Sequence record: NC_021529.2 | DNA length: 64,000 bases | Reading direction: 5' to 3' (one strand) | Part shown: one piece after another, positions 18,669 to 27,732 of the stretch | Numbering within the stretch: position 1 is the first letter of the stretch | Layout: each line of letters opens with the position of its first letter | Notes under the pieces: generated by a model | What the model was told of the DNA's origin: nothing | Database searches by the model: none | The model's input: the letters and a program-made list of their open reading frames with translations, nothing else | Program-made: the position numbers and the translations under genes

Positions 18669-19184
18669 ATGAAAAATCATTATGTAGATAATAAAGCTCT
18701 ATACGCATCGTTGTGCGAATGGAAAGAAGAAATGAAAACGGCACCTGAAGATGTTCATGTGCCTGTACCGAATTTTGTAGCTGAGAGTATTTTGAAAATC
18801 AGCGAAAATCTATCGAGACGTTACAACTTTAGCGGTTACACAGCAACGTGGAAAGAAGAAATGATTGGTGACGCAATCGAGCACTGTTTGCGTTACATCA
18901 AAAACTTTGACACTGAAAAATACAAAAATCCACACGCTTATATAACTCGAATCTGCTTTAACGCATTTGTTCAGCGTATCAAGAAAGAACGTCAAGACAC
19001 TGCGATTAAATATAAAGTATTCTTATGCGATTCGTCTAACTATTCAATGGACGGTGAAGAAGCTGATTATGAGTTTCTTCAACAGATGCTGGAACGTGTC
19101 AACTCTTACGAAACGAGTAAGAAAGACAAGGCTCAACCAGACGAAAAGAACGAACCACTGAACTTACAAAAATTTTACAATTAA
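18669..19184 (+). CDS. 55: Late transcription sigma factor
   Basis: HYVDNKAL, NFSGYT..WKEEMIGDAIE, NPHAYIT.ICFNAFVQRIKKE. Confidence 0.96.
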   Translation: MKNHYVDNKALYASLCEWKEEMKTAPEDVHVPVPNFVAESILKISENLSRRYNFSGYTATWKEEMIGDAIEHCLRYIKNFDTEKYKNPHAYITRICFNAFVQRIKKERQDTAIKYKVFLCDSSNYSMDGEEADYEFLQQMLERVNSYETSKKDKAQPDEKNEPLNLQKFYN

Positions 19185-19193
19185 GGAATTAAC

Positions 19194-20639
19194 ATGTTAG
19201 GTAACTTTGACTCATTTCTGAGTGAAAATCGCCGTCAAACTCAGGGTGGTAAAATCTACCCTAAGTTTGGTCAAGTTATTGTTGAGCTAGGCACTGCATC
19301 TACTGAGTTCAGCAACGGCAAAGGCGTTGAAACAACTATCGGCATGATGGAAAAGGCAAATGAGCTTAAATCTATCATGGAACAAAAGCTATGCGAAGAT
19401 CCAAACGTTAATCATAATATGTTTGACATGAATCTGAGTGAAAATGTAAGCACCGTCAACTTGCTTATGGAAAACGAATTCCTAGCAATGCCAGCGCATT
19501 CACTACAGCAAGTTAAGTCGATGATCATGTGTACTGAAGCGCGTCTTCCGAGTCTTGTGATCAAAGGTGGTGACTTGAATAAGGTTGTGACTGAAGCAAC
19601 TAAGCTTGGTTACAAGCAAAAAGACATCCACGTTGTTATCCCAATGAGCGAAATGAAAATCGTTCTTGCAGATTCGGATAAGTTGGTCATTGAATCACTT
19701 TCATTTGACGGTCTTACTGCGTCTGAAGTATTAGCAAAAGCAGCAACAATCAATCTTGGTGACGTATACGTTACAGTTGAAAGCGTGTCTAGCGAAGCTC
19801 AACTTTCAGAAATGAAAGAGATCAAGATCAAGACAGCGAATCGAGCAATGACTCTTGGATCTCTTAACCGTCATGTCATGGAGCACTTCGTTGTTAAAGA
19901 AGCGAAAGAAGTTTCATATGCGCGTGAAGTAGCAAAAGACACTGGTCTACCAATGCTAGAAGGGTTCAAGGCATACGATTTCAAACGTAATATCACTATG
20001 ATCGAACATGCTCAGAACGTATTCACTAAAGAGATTGCGCGTGCTCCGATGTCTGCAACTGCATGGCAAAACCTAGTTGACGTTAAAGAAGCGTACTTCG
20101 ATAACGGCTGGAAACTGAAACATAACAACACCAGCATTGTTCTTACAAATGCTCGTGACGCAATGCGTGCTAATCGTGTATGTGAAGAATATCGCGTTGA
20201 GCTATCGGAAGCGGGTTACCCACTTCTTGATATGGTAGCAATGATGGAACGTAAAGGCGTTAAGTACTTCGATTGTCAGTCATTTGCTAAAGCAATGGTT
20301 GAATTTGATGGTTGTGTTACACCAGAGCGTCAAACTGTTACTGCATTCGTTACTGAATCAGCATCAAATCGCGTATTCCATCCTCAGATGATGTCTAGTC
20401 TTCGCCCAGTAACTGAAATGGTTGATAGCGTAGATGAGCTTGTTCGCGCACTTGCTAATGACCAGTTTAGCGAATTCCGTGTTTCTGAGTCGATTGCTGA
20501 GTCAATGCTAGATAAAGAAACTCTTTACAGTATGATGGAAAAAATCATCAGTGAAGGCGTTGACGTTAATATCGATGGTAAACTAGTTGAATTCACTGTG
20601 TCTGACACTAAATACAGCATTAACATTGATATTAAGTAA
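19194..20639 (+). CDS. Hypothetical protein with CTS-like N-terminus, possibly a degenerate P-loop
   Basis: MLGNFDSFLSE/; GKIYPKFGQVIVELGTASTEFSNGKG. Confidence 0.6.
   Translation: MLGNFDSFLSENRRQTQGGKIYPKFGQVIVELGTASTEFSNGKGVETTIGMMEKANELKSIMEQKLCEDPNVNHNMFDMNLSENVSTVNLLMENEFLAMPAHSLQQVKSMIMCTEARLPSLVIKGGDLNKVVTEATKLGYKQKDIHVVIPMSEMKIVLADSDKLVIESLSFDGLTASEVLAKAATINLGDVYVTVESVSSEAQLSEMKEIKIKTANRAMTLGSLNRHVMEHFVVKEAKEVSYAREVAKDTGLPMLEGFKAYDFKRNITMIEHAQNVFTKEIARAPMSATAWQNLVDVKEAYFDNGWKLKHNNTSIVLTNARDAMRANRVCEEYRVELSEAGYPLLDMVAMMERKGVKYFDCQSFAKAMVEFDGCVTPERQTVTAFVTESASNRVFHPQMMSSLRPVTEMVDSVDELVRALANDQFSEFRVSESIAESMLDKETLYSMMEKIISEGVDVNIDGKLVEFTVSDTKYSINIDIK
20607..20614 (+). promoter_or_regulatory. 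Late-promoter variant
   Basis: ACTAAATA, ATG at 20648. Confidence 0.55.
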
Positions 20640-20647
20640 GGTGTGAC

Positions 20648-21295
20648 ATGAAAAAATTCGATACATTTTTGACTGAAGTTCAGAAATACAGCTCAGCAGC
20701 AACGTCTATCAAAGGCAAAGAAGTAGCAGCGTTAGTTAAATTGTTCAAGTCAGGCATGTTTGTGCCTGGCGGAACTGCACTTGACTACGGCGCAGGTAAA
20801 TACGGTCGTAACGCAGAGTTCTTGCGTTCTCAAGGTATTCGTACTTACGCATATGACAAGTTCAACGGTACGTCTGCTGACGGTTGGGATGCAGTTAGTT
20901 TGTCTGTGCCAAATGGCATGACATTCGACACTGGCTTTACTTCATACGTTCTGAACGTTGTTCCAGAGTCAGTTGAAGCTGAAATCGTTCGCGAAGTCGA
21001 GTCGTTAACAACTGGTAAAGTGTTCCACATCACTCGTGGTACTGACATTACACAAACTGTGTTTAATGTGATTTCTGGTAAATCTAAAAATGACGTGATG
21101 ATGCAGTTCGTTGCTCAAGAATATCCAGAGATTTATGGTCAGATTGTCGCTAACGGCGGTACTAAAGAATTAGCTAAAGAAATTGCAACTCGTGGTGTTG
21201 TAACAGCTAAAGACAGCTTTCAACGTATTCCAGACTTATCAAAGTACGGTTACAGAAAGTCTGGTTCAGGCGCATCTGTCGTGTGGACAAAATAA
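20648..21295 (+). CDS. Class I SAM-dependent methyltransferase with capsid-targeting-like N-terminus
   Basis: ALDYGAGKYG (motif I), YAYDKF, FTSYVLNVV; MKKFDTFLTE/ N-terminus. Confidence 0.8.
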   Translation: MKKFDTFLTEVQKYSSAATSIKGKEVAALVKLFKSGMFVPGGTALDYGAGKYGRNAEFLRSQGIRTYAYDKFNGTSADGWDAVSLSVPNGMTFDTGFTSYVLNVVPESVEAEIVREVESLTTGKVFHITRGTDITQTVFNVISGKSKNDVMMQFVAQEYPEIYGQIVANGGTKELAKEIATRGVVTAKDSFQRIPDLSKYGYRKSGSGASVVWTK

Positions 21296-21309
21296 TTTCG
21301 ATTATTTTA

Positions 21310-21392
21310 AAGAAAAGGGTTGCTTCGGCAGCCCTTTTTTTGTATTATAGCTTTATCGAAACGACATCGACTAACAAAGAGAGAACATTATG
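21310..21392 (+). promoter_or_regulatory. Terminator/early promoter/RBS cassette, copy 2
   Basis: GGGTTGC-TTCG-GCAGCCC-T7; TTGCTT-N17-TATTAT; same leader as copy 1. Confidence 0.85.
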
Positions 21393-21653
21393 ATGATTAC
21401 TGAATCAATTCGCTTAACAACTGTATGTGATATGCTAGACTGCGAAGCTACGTCTTTCGCCTTCTGGTCAAACGAGTTCATGATCTTCCCAGACGAAGAC
21501 TTGACTATTAAAGTTGATTATCATGCAAAAGAAGCTCTATTCATGCTAAACGAGAATTGCTTAGTTACTGTGTCATTTGATGATACACTAGAAACATTAG
21601 AAGAAAAATTCTCTGTTGCTCTTACTGCAAGCGTAGAACAAATGAAAAACTAG
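21390..21653 (+). CDS. Hypothetical early protein
   Basis: First ORF after cassette. Confidence 0.7.
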   Translation: MMITESIRLTTVCDMLDCEATSFAFWSNEFMIFPDEDLTIKVDYHAKEALFMLNENCLVTVSFDDTLETLEEKFSVALTASVEQMKN

Positions 21654-21705
21654 TTTAACTTATAGATTTACTGAGCTATAATTTTCAAACATTGAAGGAA
21701 ATATT

Positions 21706-22167
21706 ATGATCTACATCGAAACAAGCAATATCTTATCAGATGACAATCTTGGGTTCACTATGGGTGGTGCACCAGACATCGAAAACGCTGACGAAAAAGA
21801 GCGTAATCGTGTTCTAAACAAAGCACTTGAAGTGAAGCTGTATGAACGTCTCCCATCGACATCAGTACTTGATTTCGCGTTAAATCAACGTATTCCTTTC
21901 ATTGCTATTTTAAGCAAAATCAAGCCTATTGCTGATCAGCAACGTGTTTGGTTTGATGCAATCGGTAAGCACATGAATGTTGACATTATGTTCACTGAGT
22001 TTCAAGACGTTGAACACGATGCTGACACGCTTCTAATCACTGAAGATCGCGACGAACTTGTTGCTCATGCTAAAAAAGGTGGTAAGATTTTACCATACAC
22101 GCATCTAACACAATACCCATTCATCATCGACCAACTGAAACTATCGGTCGACAATAAGGAGCAGTAA
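21706..22167 (+). CDS. Hypothetical protein
   Basis: AAGGA RBS behind a GTTTAA-class promoter. Confidence 0.7.
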   Translation: MIYIETSNILSDDNLGFTMGGAPDIENADEKERNRVLNKALEVKLYERLPSTSVLDFALNQRIPFIAILSKIKPIADQQRVWFDAIGKHMNVDIMFTEFQDVEHDADTLLITEDRDELVAHAKKGGKILPYTHLTQYPFIIDQLKLSVDNKEQ

Positions 22168-22526
22168 TGCAAGAAACACCAGATTTACTTCAAGACGATG
22201 AGATTGTTGACGTTGTTGACGTTGTTGAAGATCAAGAAGTTCTAGACTATCTTGATGAAATGCAACTACGTCGCAAAGCTCTAATCGAGAAAGAAGCTCA
22301 GCGTCGAATCAAAAAGAATTCACGCGAGATCAAACGTCTACGAAAGCACGCTGAAAAGTGTCTAATCGAAGACAATAAAGATGGTTACATCTATGCGATT
22401 CGTAAGTTGCGTTCGATTACTGGTCAACCCGTCGCTGACGATGTGCTTGAAACTCTTTGGAAAACTAGTCGAGATCAAGTGCTAACTATCATTCGTTCAT
22501 TCGCTGAATCTAAAGCGGACATGTAA
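22167..22526 (+). CDS. Conserved T4-like protein (a-gt.4-like)
   Basis: EIKRLRKHAEKCL...YAIRKLR...LWKTSR; lies between 55 and 47 as in T4. Confidence 0.6.
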   Translation: MQETPDLLQDDEIVDVVDVVEDQEVLDYLDEMQLRRKALIEKEAQRRIKKNSREIKRLRKHAEKCLIEDNKDGYIYAIRKLRSITGQPVADDVLETLWKTSRDQVLTIIRSFAESKADM

Positions 22527-22990
22527 TGGACATTAAATCAGGCGCTGGCTATCCAGCTAGTGCGCTGTCAAACTTCGCGCCGCACGCATTTACTGTGCGT
22601 GGTGTTGAGTGTGCGTCAATGGAAGGGTTTCTTCAGGGACTGAAGTTCAAAAACCCAGATATGCAACGTGAAGTCTGCAAACTTGTAGGCAAAGTTGCTA
22701 AAGCACGCGGTGCAAAGAAGAACTGGCAACGTACTCAGACACTGTATTGGCAAGGTGAGCCTATTCAACGCGCATCAATTGGCTATCAGACATTACTTGA
22801 TGATGCCTACGCAGCGTTAGCTCAGAACGTCAAATTTCAAAAGGCATTGCTTGCTACTGGTAAAGCTACCCTTACTCATTCAATCGGGCGTAAGAAGCAG
22901 GCAGAGACGGTTTTAACTGTACAAGAATTCTGTAGCCGATTGACAGAGATTCGGGATTATCTACAAAAAGATGCTGATGAACGTAGTTAA
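22526..22990 (+). CDS. NADAR-family protein (T4 gp30.3-like)
   Basis: YPASALSNFAPHAF, SMEGFLQGLK, LYWQG, LLATG..LTHSIG. Confidence 0.85.
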   Translation: MDIKSGAGYPASALSNFAPHAFTVRGVECASMEGFLQGLKFKNPDMQREVCKLVGKVAKARGAKKNWQRTQTLYWQGEPIQRASIGYQTLLDDAYAALAQNVKFQKALLATGKATLTHSIGRKKQAETVLTVQEFCSRLTEIRDYLQKDADERS

Positions 22991-23477
22991 ATTGATGATT
23001 CGTGCGATCAATCGTGCGAAGAACACAGATAAGCCTATCGTCTATATCGACATGGACAACGTACTTGTTGACTTTCAGAGCGGTATTGATGCACTTTCTA
23101 TTTGGGAAAAGAATCAATATCAAGGTCGTTATGACGAATGTCCGGGTATTTTCACTCACATGAAGCCATTGAAAGGTGCAATTGCTGCATTTGAAGTGTT
23201 GATCAGGCACTATGATTGCTATATACTGTCAACTGCACCGTGGGATAACCCAGGGTCATGGCAAGACAAGCGATTATGGGTTGAGCGTTACTTAGGTAAG
23301 GGTGCTTATAAACGTCTGATCTTGTCGCACAACAAACAGCTAAACTTCGGTCATTATCTCATTGATGATCGCACTAAGAATGGTGCGGGTGAGTTTATGG
23401 GCGAACACATTCACTTTGGTACCGACGAATTCCCTGACTGGCATTCTGTCGTGACCTATCTCACGAGTAAGAAATAA
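22971..23477 (+). CDS. 5'(3')-deoxyribonucleotidase (HAD)
   Basis: YIDMDNVLVDF, ILSTAPW, LILSHNK, YLIDDR. Confidence 0.92.
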   Translation: MLMNVVKLMIRAINRAKNTDKPIVYIDMDNVLVDFQSGIDALSIWEKNQYQGRYDECPGIFTHMKPLKGAIAAFEVLIRHYDCYILSTAPWDNPGSWQDKRLWVERYLGKGAYKRLILSHNKQLNFGHYLIDDRTKNGAGEFMGEHIHFGTDEFPDWHSVVTYLTSKK

Positions 23478-24517
23478 TGAAACTTGCACTATTAGGGGAC
23501 TTACATATCGGCATTAAAGATGACGATCTGTGGGTTCAAGATTATCAGCGCAAATTCTTTGACTTCATGTTTTCTGAACTTGAAAAGCGCGGTATAACTG
23601 AGATCATTCAACTAGGTGACTGGTTTGATGTTCGTCGCGGTGCTACTCAAGAAACGTTGATGTTTCAGCGAACTTATCTAAACGGTATGCTAAACGGGTA
23701 TAATACTCATGTACTTGTCGGTAACCACGACATGCACTTGCGTGAATGCATTGTTCCGAACACGCCGTATGAAGTTCTGAGCATTGTTCCTGATGTTGAA
23801 ATCTACGAAAAGCCAAGAACTGTCAAGTTTGGTGATGTTGCGATTGATATCATCCCGTGGATTTGTAAAGAAAATGCAGTCGAAATCGACGAATTTATCA
23901 AACGAAGCGATTCAGAATACTGTGTTGGTCACTTTGAACTAAATGGGTTTGAATTCCACAAGGGTCAAAAAGCAACTGGTTGTTTAGATGCTGGGTTCTT
24001 GAAGAAGTACAAACAAGTTTGGTCTGGTCACTTCCACACTCAATCTGAAGCAGGCAATATCAAGTATCTTGGTACTCCATATACATTGACACTTGCTGAT
24101 GCCGATGATAAACGCGGTTTTTGGATTTTCGACACTGACACTCATGATCTTGAGTTTGTTGAAAACCCAGATTGTTGGCACACTAAGCTGTACTTTGATG
24201 CTGAAACATTCGATCCAAAGCGAATCCCATCGTATGAAAATCGCAATGTGAAGATCATCGTTGAGCGTCGTTCAAGTGACAAACGTGAAATCTCGTTTGA
24301 TGTCGTCGAAGAGCGCATTGCACAAATTGCACATGCTTGTCAGACTCTAGACGAATTAGACATCAAAACTGACGTTGCAGACGATATCAAGTCGATTAAA
24401 GACATCGGTGATTACGTTGAAGAATACACAAACACGCTTGATGAATCTACTGCGGTGAAAGAGCAAGTAAACGCTATTTTCTCTGCACTGCGTGCTGAAG
24501 CTATGGAGAATGCGTGA
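23477..24517 (+). CDS. 47: Recombination nuclease subunit (Mre11/SbcD-like)
   Basis: GDLHIG, LGDWFD, VGNHD, GHFE, SGHFH. Confidence 0.96.
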   Translation: MKLALLGDLHIGIKDDDLWVQDYQRKFFDFMFSELEKRGITEIIQLGDWFDVRRGATQETLMFQRTYLNGMLNGYNTHVLVGNHDMHLRECIVPNTPYEVLSIVPDVEIYEKPRTVKFGDVAIDIIPWICKENAVEIDEFIKRSDSEYCVGHFELNGFEFHKGQKATGCLDAGFLKKYKQVWSGHFHTQSEAGNIKYLGTPYTLTLADADDKRGFWIFDTDTHDLEFVENPDCWHTKLYFDAETFDPKRIPSYENRNVKIIVERRSSDKREISFDVVEERIAQIAHACQTLDELDIKTDVADDIKSIKDIGDYVEEYTNTLDESTAVKEQVNAIFSALRAEAMENA

Positions 24518-24744
24518 TGACAGAACGTGAATTGGTCAGTCCTTGTAAAATCTGCGGTAAAATGCCGTTCATTCACAAATCGCCAGTAATGGCGAATGGG
24601 TGTTCATTCACTGCGTGGATTGTTGAATGTGACAATGATGACGATGATCAGCGTACACCTCCGTTTGTTGAGCATAGCTTAGTCGTCTATGGTTCAACGA
24701 AAGAAGAAGCAATCGACCGGTGGGATGAAATAGCAAATGATTAA
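24514..24744 (+). CDS. Lar-like (restriction alleviation) zinc-finger protein
   Basis: SPCKICGKMP...VEC...EEAIDRW. Confidence 0.55.
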   Translation: MMTERELVSPCKICGKMPFIHKSPVMANGCSFTAWIVECDNDDDDQRTPPFVEHSLVVYGSTKEEAIDRWDEIAND

Positions 24745-26974
24745 ATTCAAAGATGTGACGTATAGCAATATCATGTCGGTTGGTAACACACCAATCACAG
24801 TTAAGCTAGACGAATTTAACAAGACATTGATTACTGGTGTTAATGGTGCTGGTAAATCGACGTTCATCGAAGCAGTCTGTTTTGCACTGTACGGGAAGCC
24901 ATTCCGTAACATTAAGAAAACGCAGATTGTCAATGCAGTGAACAAGAAAAAGCTATTGGTTGAAATCACGTTTCAAGACAATAAGCACGTGTACAAAATC
25001 ATTCGCGGCATCAAACCGAATAAGTTCGAAATCTACAAAGATGATGAGCTAATTCCACAAGAAGCAGCGGTTGCAGATTACCAAGACATGCTTGAAAAGA
25101 GCATCTTGAAGATGAACTTGAGCACGTTTAAGCAAATCGCTGTGCTTGGTACTGCTGGTTACACGCCATTCATGCTCTTGCCTGCTGCAAAGCGTCGTGA
25201 AATCGTCGAAGATCTGCTTGATATCGGCATTTTCAGTGACATGGCAGCGTTGAACAAAGTTGCATTGAAGCAACTGAATGAGAAGATCAAAGACACTGAA
25301 GCTGACATTGAACGTCGCATGGGTGAATTGAAGCTTCATGTTCAGTTCCAGAAAGAACAGCAAGATAATCGCGACGGTGATTTGGCTCAACTTGAAACAC
25401 GTAAAGCTGAAGCTGAAAAAGAGCTTGCTCCACTCGGTGAGCAAATCGCAGAGCTTGAAAATCAAATCAGTGCTGATAGTAAGATCTTGCGCGAGTTGAA
25501 AGAAACTCTTGCTGCTGAATTGGCAGAAGTTGAAGCAGAGCAAGCAACGGTTCTGAGTGCGCTTGATGCTGAACATAAAGCAAACGTCGAACAGATTGAA
25601 GCTGGTCAAAAGGCTGATATTGATGAGCTGAAGGCGAAGCAGACCAGCGAACAAGATGCACTAGACGAATTGCATGAGCAAGAACTGCTCGACATTGACA
25701 AAGAACATAGTCAAGCGTTGATTGATTTCGATAAAGAGACTGAAGCGACTACTCCAGAAGCACCAAACGCTGACGAAGTAGCTGAATACACGTCTACTGT
25801 TCTTGGCAACAAGAAAGAAATCGTCAAGCTTAAAGAAAACAAAGAATTCTTTGAAGCGAACGGTGACTGTGAGTGTGGAACGTGTAAGCAAACAATCTCG
25901 TCTGACTTTGCTCAGAGCGTCATTGATATGGCTGATAAGCAGATTGCAACGCTGACAGTCGAGTCGAAAGAACTTGCTGACAAGATTCGTGCTGCTCAAG
26001 CGCAATCTAAAGCTCGTAGTGAGTTTTTAAGCAATCGTACGAGCGAACGTTCAGCTTTAGACGAAAAACAGCGCACAGAGCGTTCTACGCTTGTTAAGAA
26101 GCATTCTGCTAAGCGTTCTGAAGTTGTTGATGCTCAGCGTGAAGCAATGTCGCGTTTGACATCTGTTTTTGGTGATACTCTATCGCTATTGCGTGAGACG
26201 CAATCGAAGGTTCGTTCTGATGCTGTATCTGAACATGCAGATATTAAAGCAGCACTGACGAAGAAAGGTGCTAGTGAGCGAGAAGAGCTAACAGCTAACA
26301 TCGGTAAAGATAAAGCTGACCTTGCTACTATCGTGACAAAAGAAGACTCTTTAATCAAGACAATTGCTACTATCGTAGCGGATATTGAAGATGTTAAAGC
26401 AAAGGCAGCGACTGAAGACCGCACGGCATTGATCAAGAAATTGACTGCTGAAGTTAAGTCTGTGAAAGCTGATATGCAAGTTGACTTGCAGACTAAGCAT
26501 TGTCGCAATATCGTTGGTACGTTGTTGAAAGATGACGGCGTGAAGTCGATGATCGTTCGCCAATACATTCCGATGATCAACAAGTACATCAATGATTACT
26601 TGAAGACGATGAATGCGAACTACAACTTTGTTCTTGACGAAGAATTCAACGAGACAATCAAATCTCGTGGTCGTGATGACTTTAGTTACACGTCATTCTC
26701 TCAAGGTGAGCGTTGTCGTATCGACTTGGCGTTGCTATTTGCATTCCGCGACTTGGTAAGCGCACGTACTGGATCAATGACCAACTTATTGGTACTTGAT
26801 GAGGTATTTGATTCTGCTGCTGACACTGACGGTGTTGACTCGATTAACCAGATCTTGGGCACTATTGATGACAACGTGTTTATTATCTCACACAGTGAGA
26901 AACATGAACAAAGCATGTTCGATAAGCACATCAAATTTACGAAGAAAGGTAATTTTACCAGAGAGGTCAAATGA
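24737..26974 (+). CDS. 46: Recombination ATPase subunit (Rad50/SbcC-like), extended coiled coil
   Basis: GVNGAGKS Walker A, FSQGE signature, LVLDEVFD Walker B, hook CECGTC. Confidence 0.96.
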   Translation: MIKFKDVTYSNIMSVGNTPITVKLDEFNKTLITGVNGAGKSTFIEAVCFALYGKPFRNIKKTQIVNAVNKKKLLVEITFQDNKHVYKIIRGIKPNKFEIYKDDELIPQEAAVADYQDMLEKSILKMNLSTFKQIAVLGTAGYTPFMLLPAAKRREIVEDLLDIGIFSDMAALNKVALKQLNEKIKDTEADIERRMGELKLHVQFQKEQQDNRDGDLAQLETRKAEAEKELAPLGEQIAELENQISADSKILRELKETLAAELAEVEAEQATVLSALDAEHKANVEQIEAGQKADIDELKAKQTSEQDALDELHEQELLDIDKEHSQALIDFDKETEATTPEAPNADEVAEYTSTVLGNKKEIVKLKENKEFFEANGDCECGTCKQTISSDFAQSVIDMADKQIATLTVESKELADKIRAAQAQSKARSEFLSNRTSERSALDEKQRTERSTLVKKHSAKRSEVVDAQREAMSRLTSVFGDTLSLLRETQSKVRSDAVSEHADIKAALTKKGASEREELTANIGKDKADLATIVTKEDSLIKTIATIVADIEDVKAKAATEDRTALIKKLTAEVKSVKADMQVDLQTKHCRNIVGTLLKDDGVKSMIVRQYIPMINKYINDYLKTMNANYNFVLDEEFNETIKSRGRDDFSYTSFSQGERCRIDLALLFAFRDLVSARTGSMTNLLVLDEVFDSAADTDGVDSINQILGTIDDNVFIISHSEKHEQSMFDKHIKFTKKGNFTREVK

Positions 26975-27432
26975 AATTAGTTCCAATGACCGTTGATTAC
27001 AGCGAAGATATTTACACTATGAGTAAGTATCTTCTGCTCAACGAAACTCACCCAGACTGTCCAGAAACTAAGATCGGGCGCTTTATGCTCGGTCGTGCGA
27101 CTGGTCATACAACTGCACTGAAGCAAACTGCTGATAGACTGCGTAAAGAAGGCTATCGAGTACTTGAAGTCTATTACAATACTGCAAATCTGCATATGCA
27201 TCGACCGAATAATAAAGATCGACGCATTGCAATTACGTATTCGACGCTAGTTCAAGATAATAGCAATCTATACCGTGGTATGACTCGTGATTCTGTGCCA
27301 GATATTGTGTTGTGTGACGCTTATTCTGTTGCTGAGCAACGCATACGAGGTGTTCGAGAAGTCATGGATGAACTGCCATACATGTTCAGACATATTTTCA
27401 ACAAACAAACTGCGTTTTTCTTCATTCAATAG
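26971..27432 (+). CDS. Hypothetical protein
   Basis: ATGA overlap with gene 46; GRATGHTT weakly P-loop-like. Confidence 0.65.
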   Translation: MKLVPMTVDYSEDIYTMSKYLLLNETHPDCPETKIGRFMLGRATGHTTALKQTADRLRKEGYRVLEVYYNTANLHMHRPNNKDRRIAITYSTLVQDNSNLYRGMTRDSVPDIVLCDAYSVAEQRIRGVREVMDELPYMFRHIFNKQTAFFFIQ

Positions 27433-27486
27433 TGTTTAGACCGTTAAATAGCTGTGTTAACATAAGCACAGCTATTGAGGAAACAC

Positions 27487-27699
27487 AAAATGAACTTAGA
27501 CAATCATCAATCTTTGCCAGATGTGAAACACTGGGTCATTATTGACGGTTTCACTGGTCAAGAAAAAATACTCCCAGAAGTACAATTAATTGAAGCGTTT
27601 GGCGAAGAACGTTGGCGCAAAATCACTTCTGGGTTAGATAACTACTTCACTGCGTACGAGTATAACTACGAATATACTGAGCGCGGATTTAAACTGTAA
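27487..27699 (+). CDS. Small conserved protein, possibly gp45.2-like
   Basis: Position between 46 and 45; FGEERWRKI motif. Confidence 0.5.
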   Translation, partial: KMNLDNHQSLPDVKHWVIIDGFTGQEKILPEVQLIEAFGEERWRKITSGLDNYFTAYEYNYEYTERGFKL

Positions 27700-27732
27700 T
27701 TGAAAACTATATCATTATTTGAAGGTAAAAGA

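Noticed and set aside
25049-26970. Long antisense ORFs (up to 201 aa) opposite gene 46
   Set aside because: Shadow frames of a repetitive coiled-coil gene; no RBS or recognisable motifs
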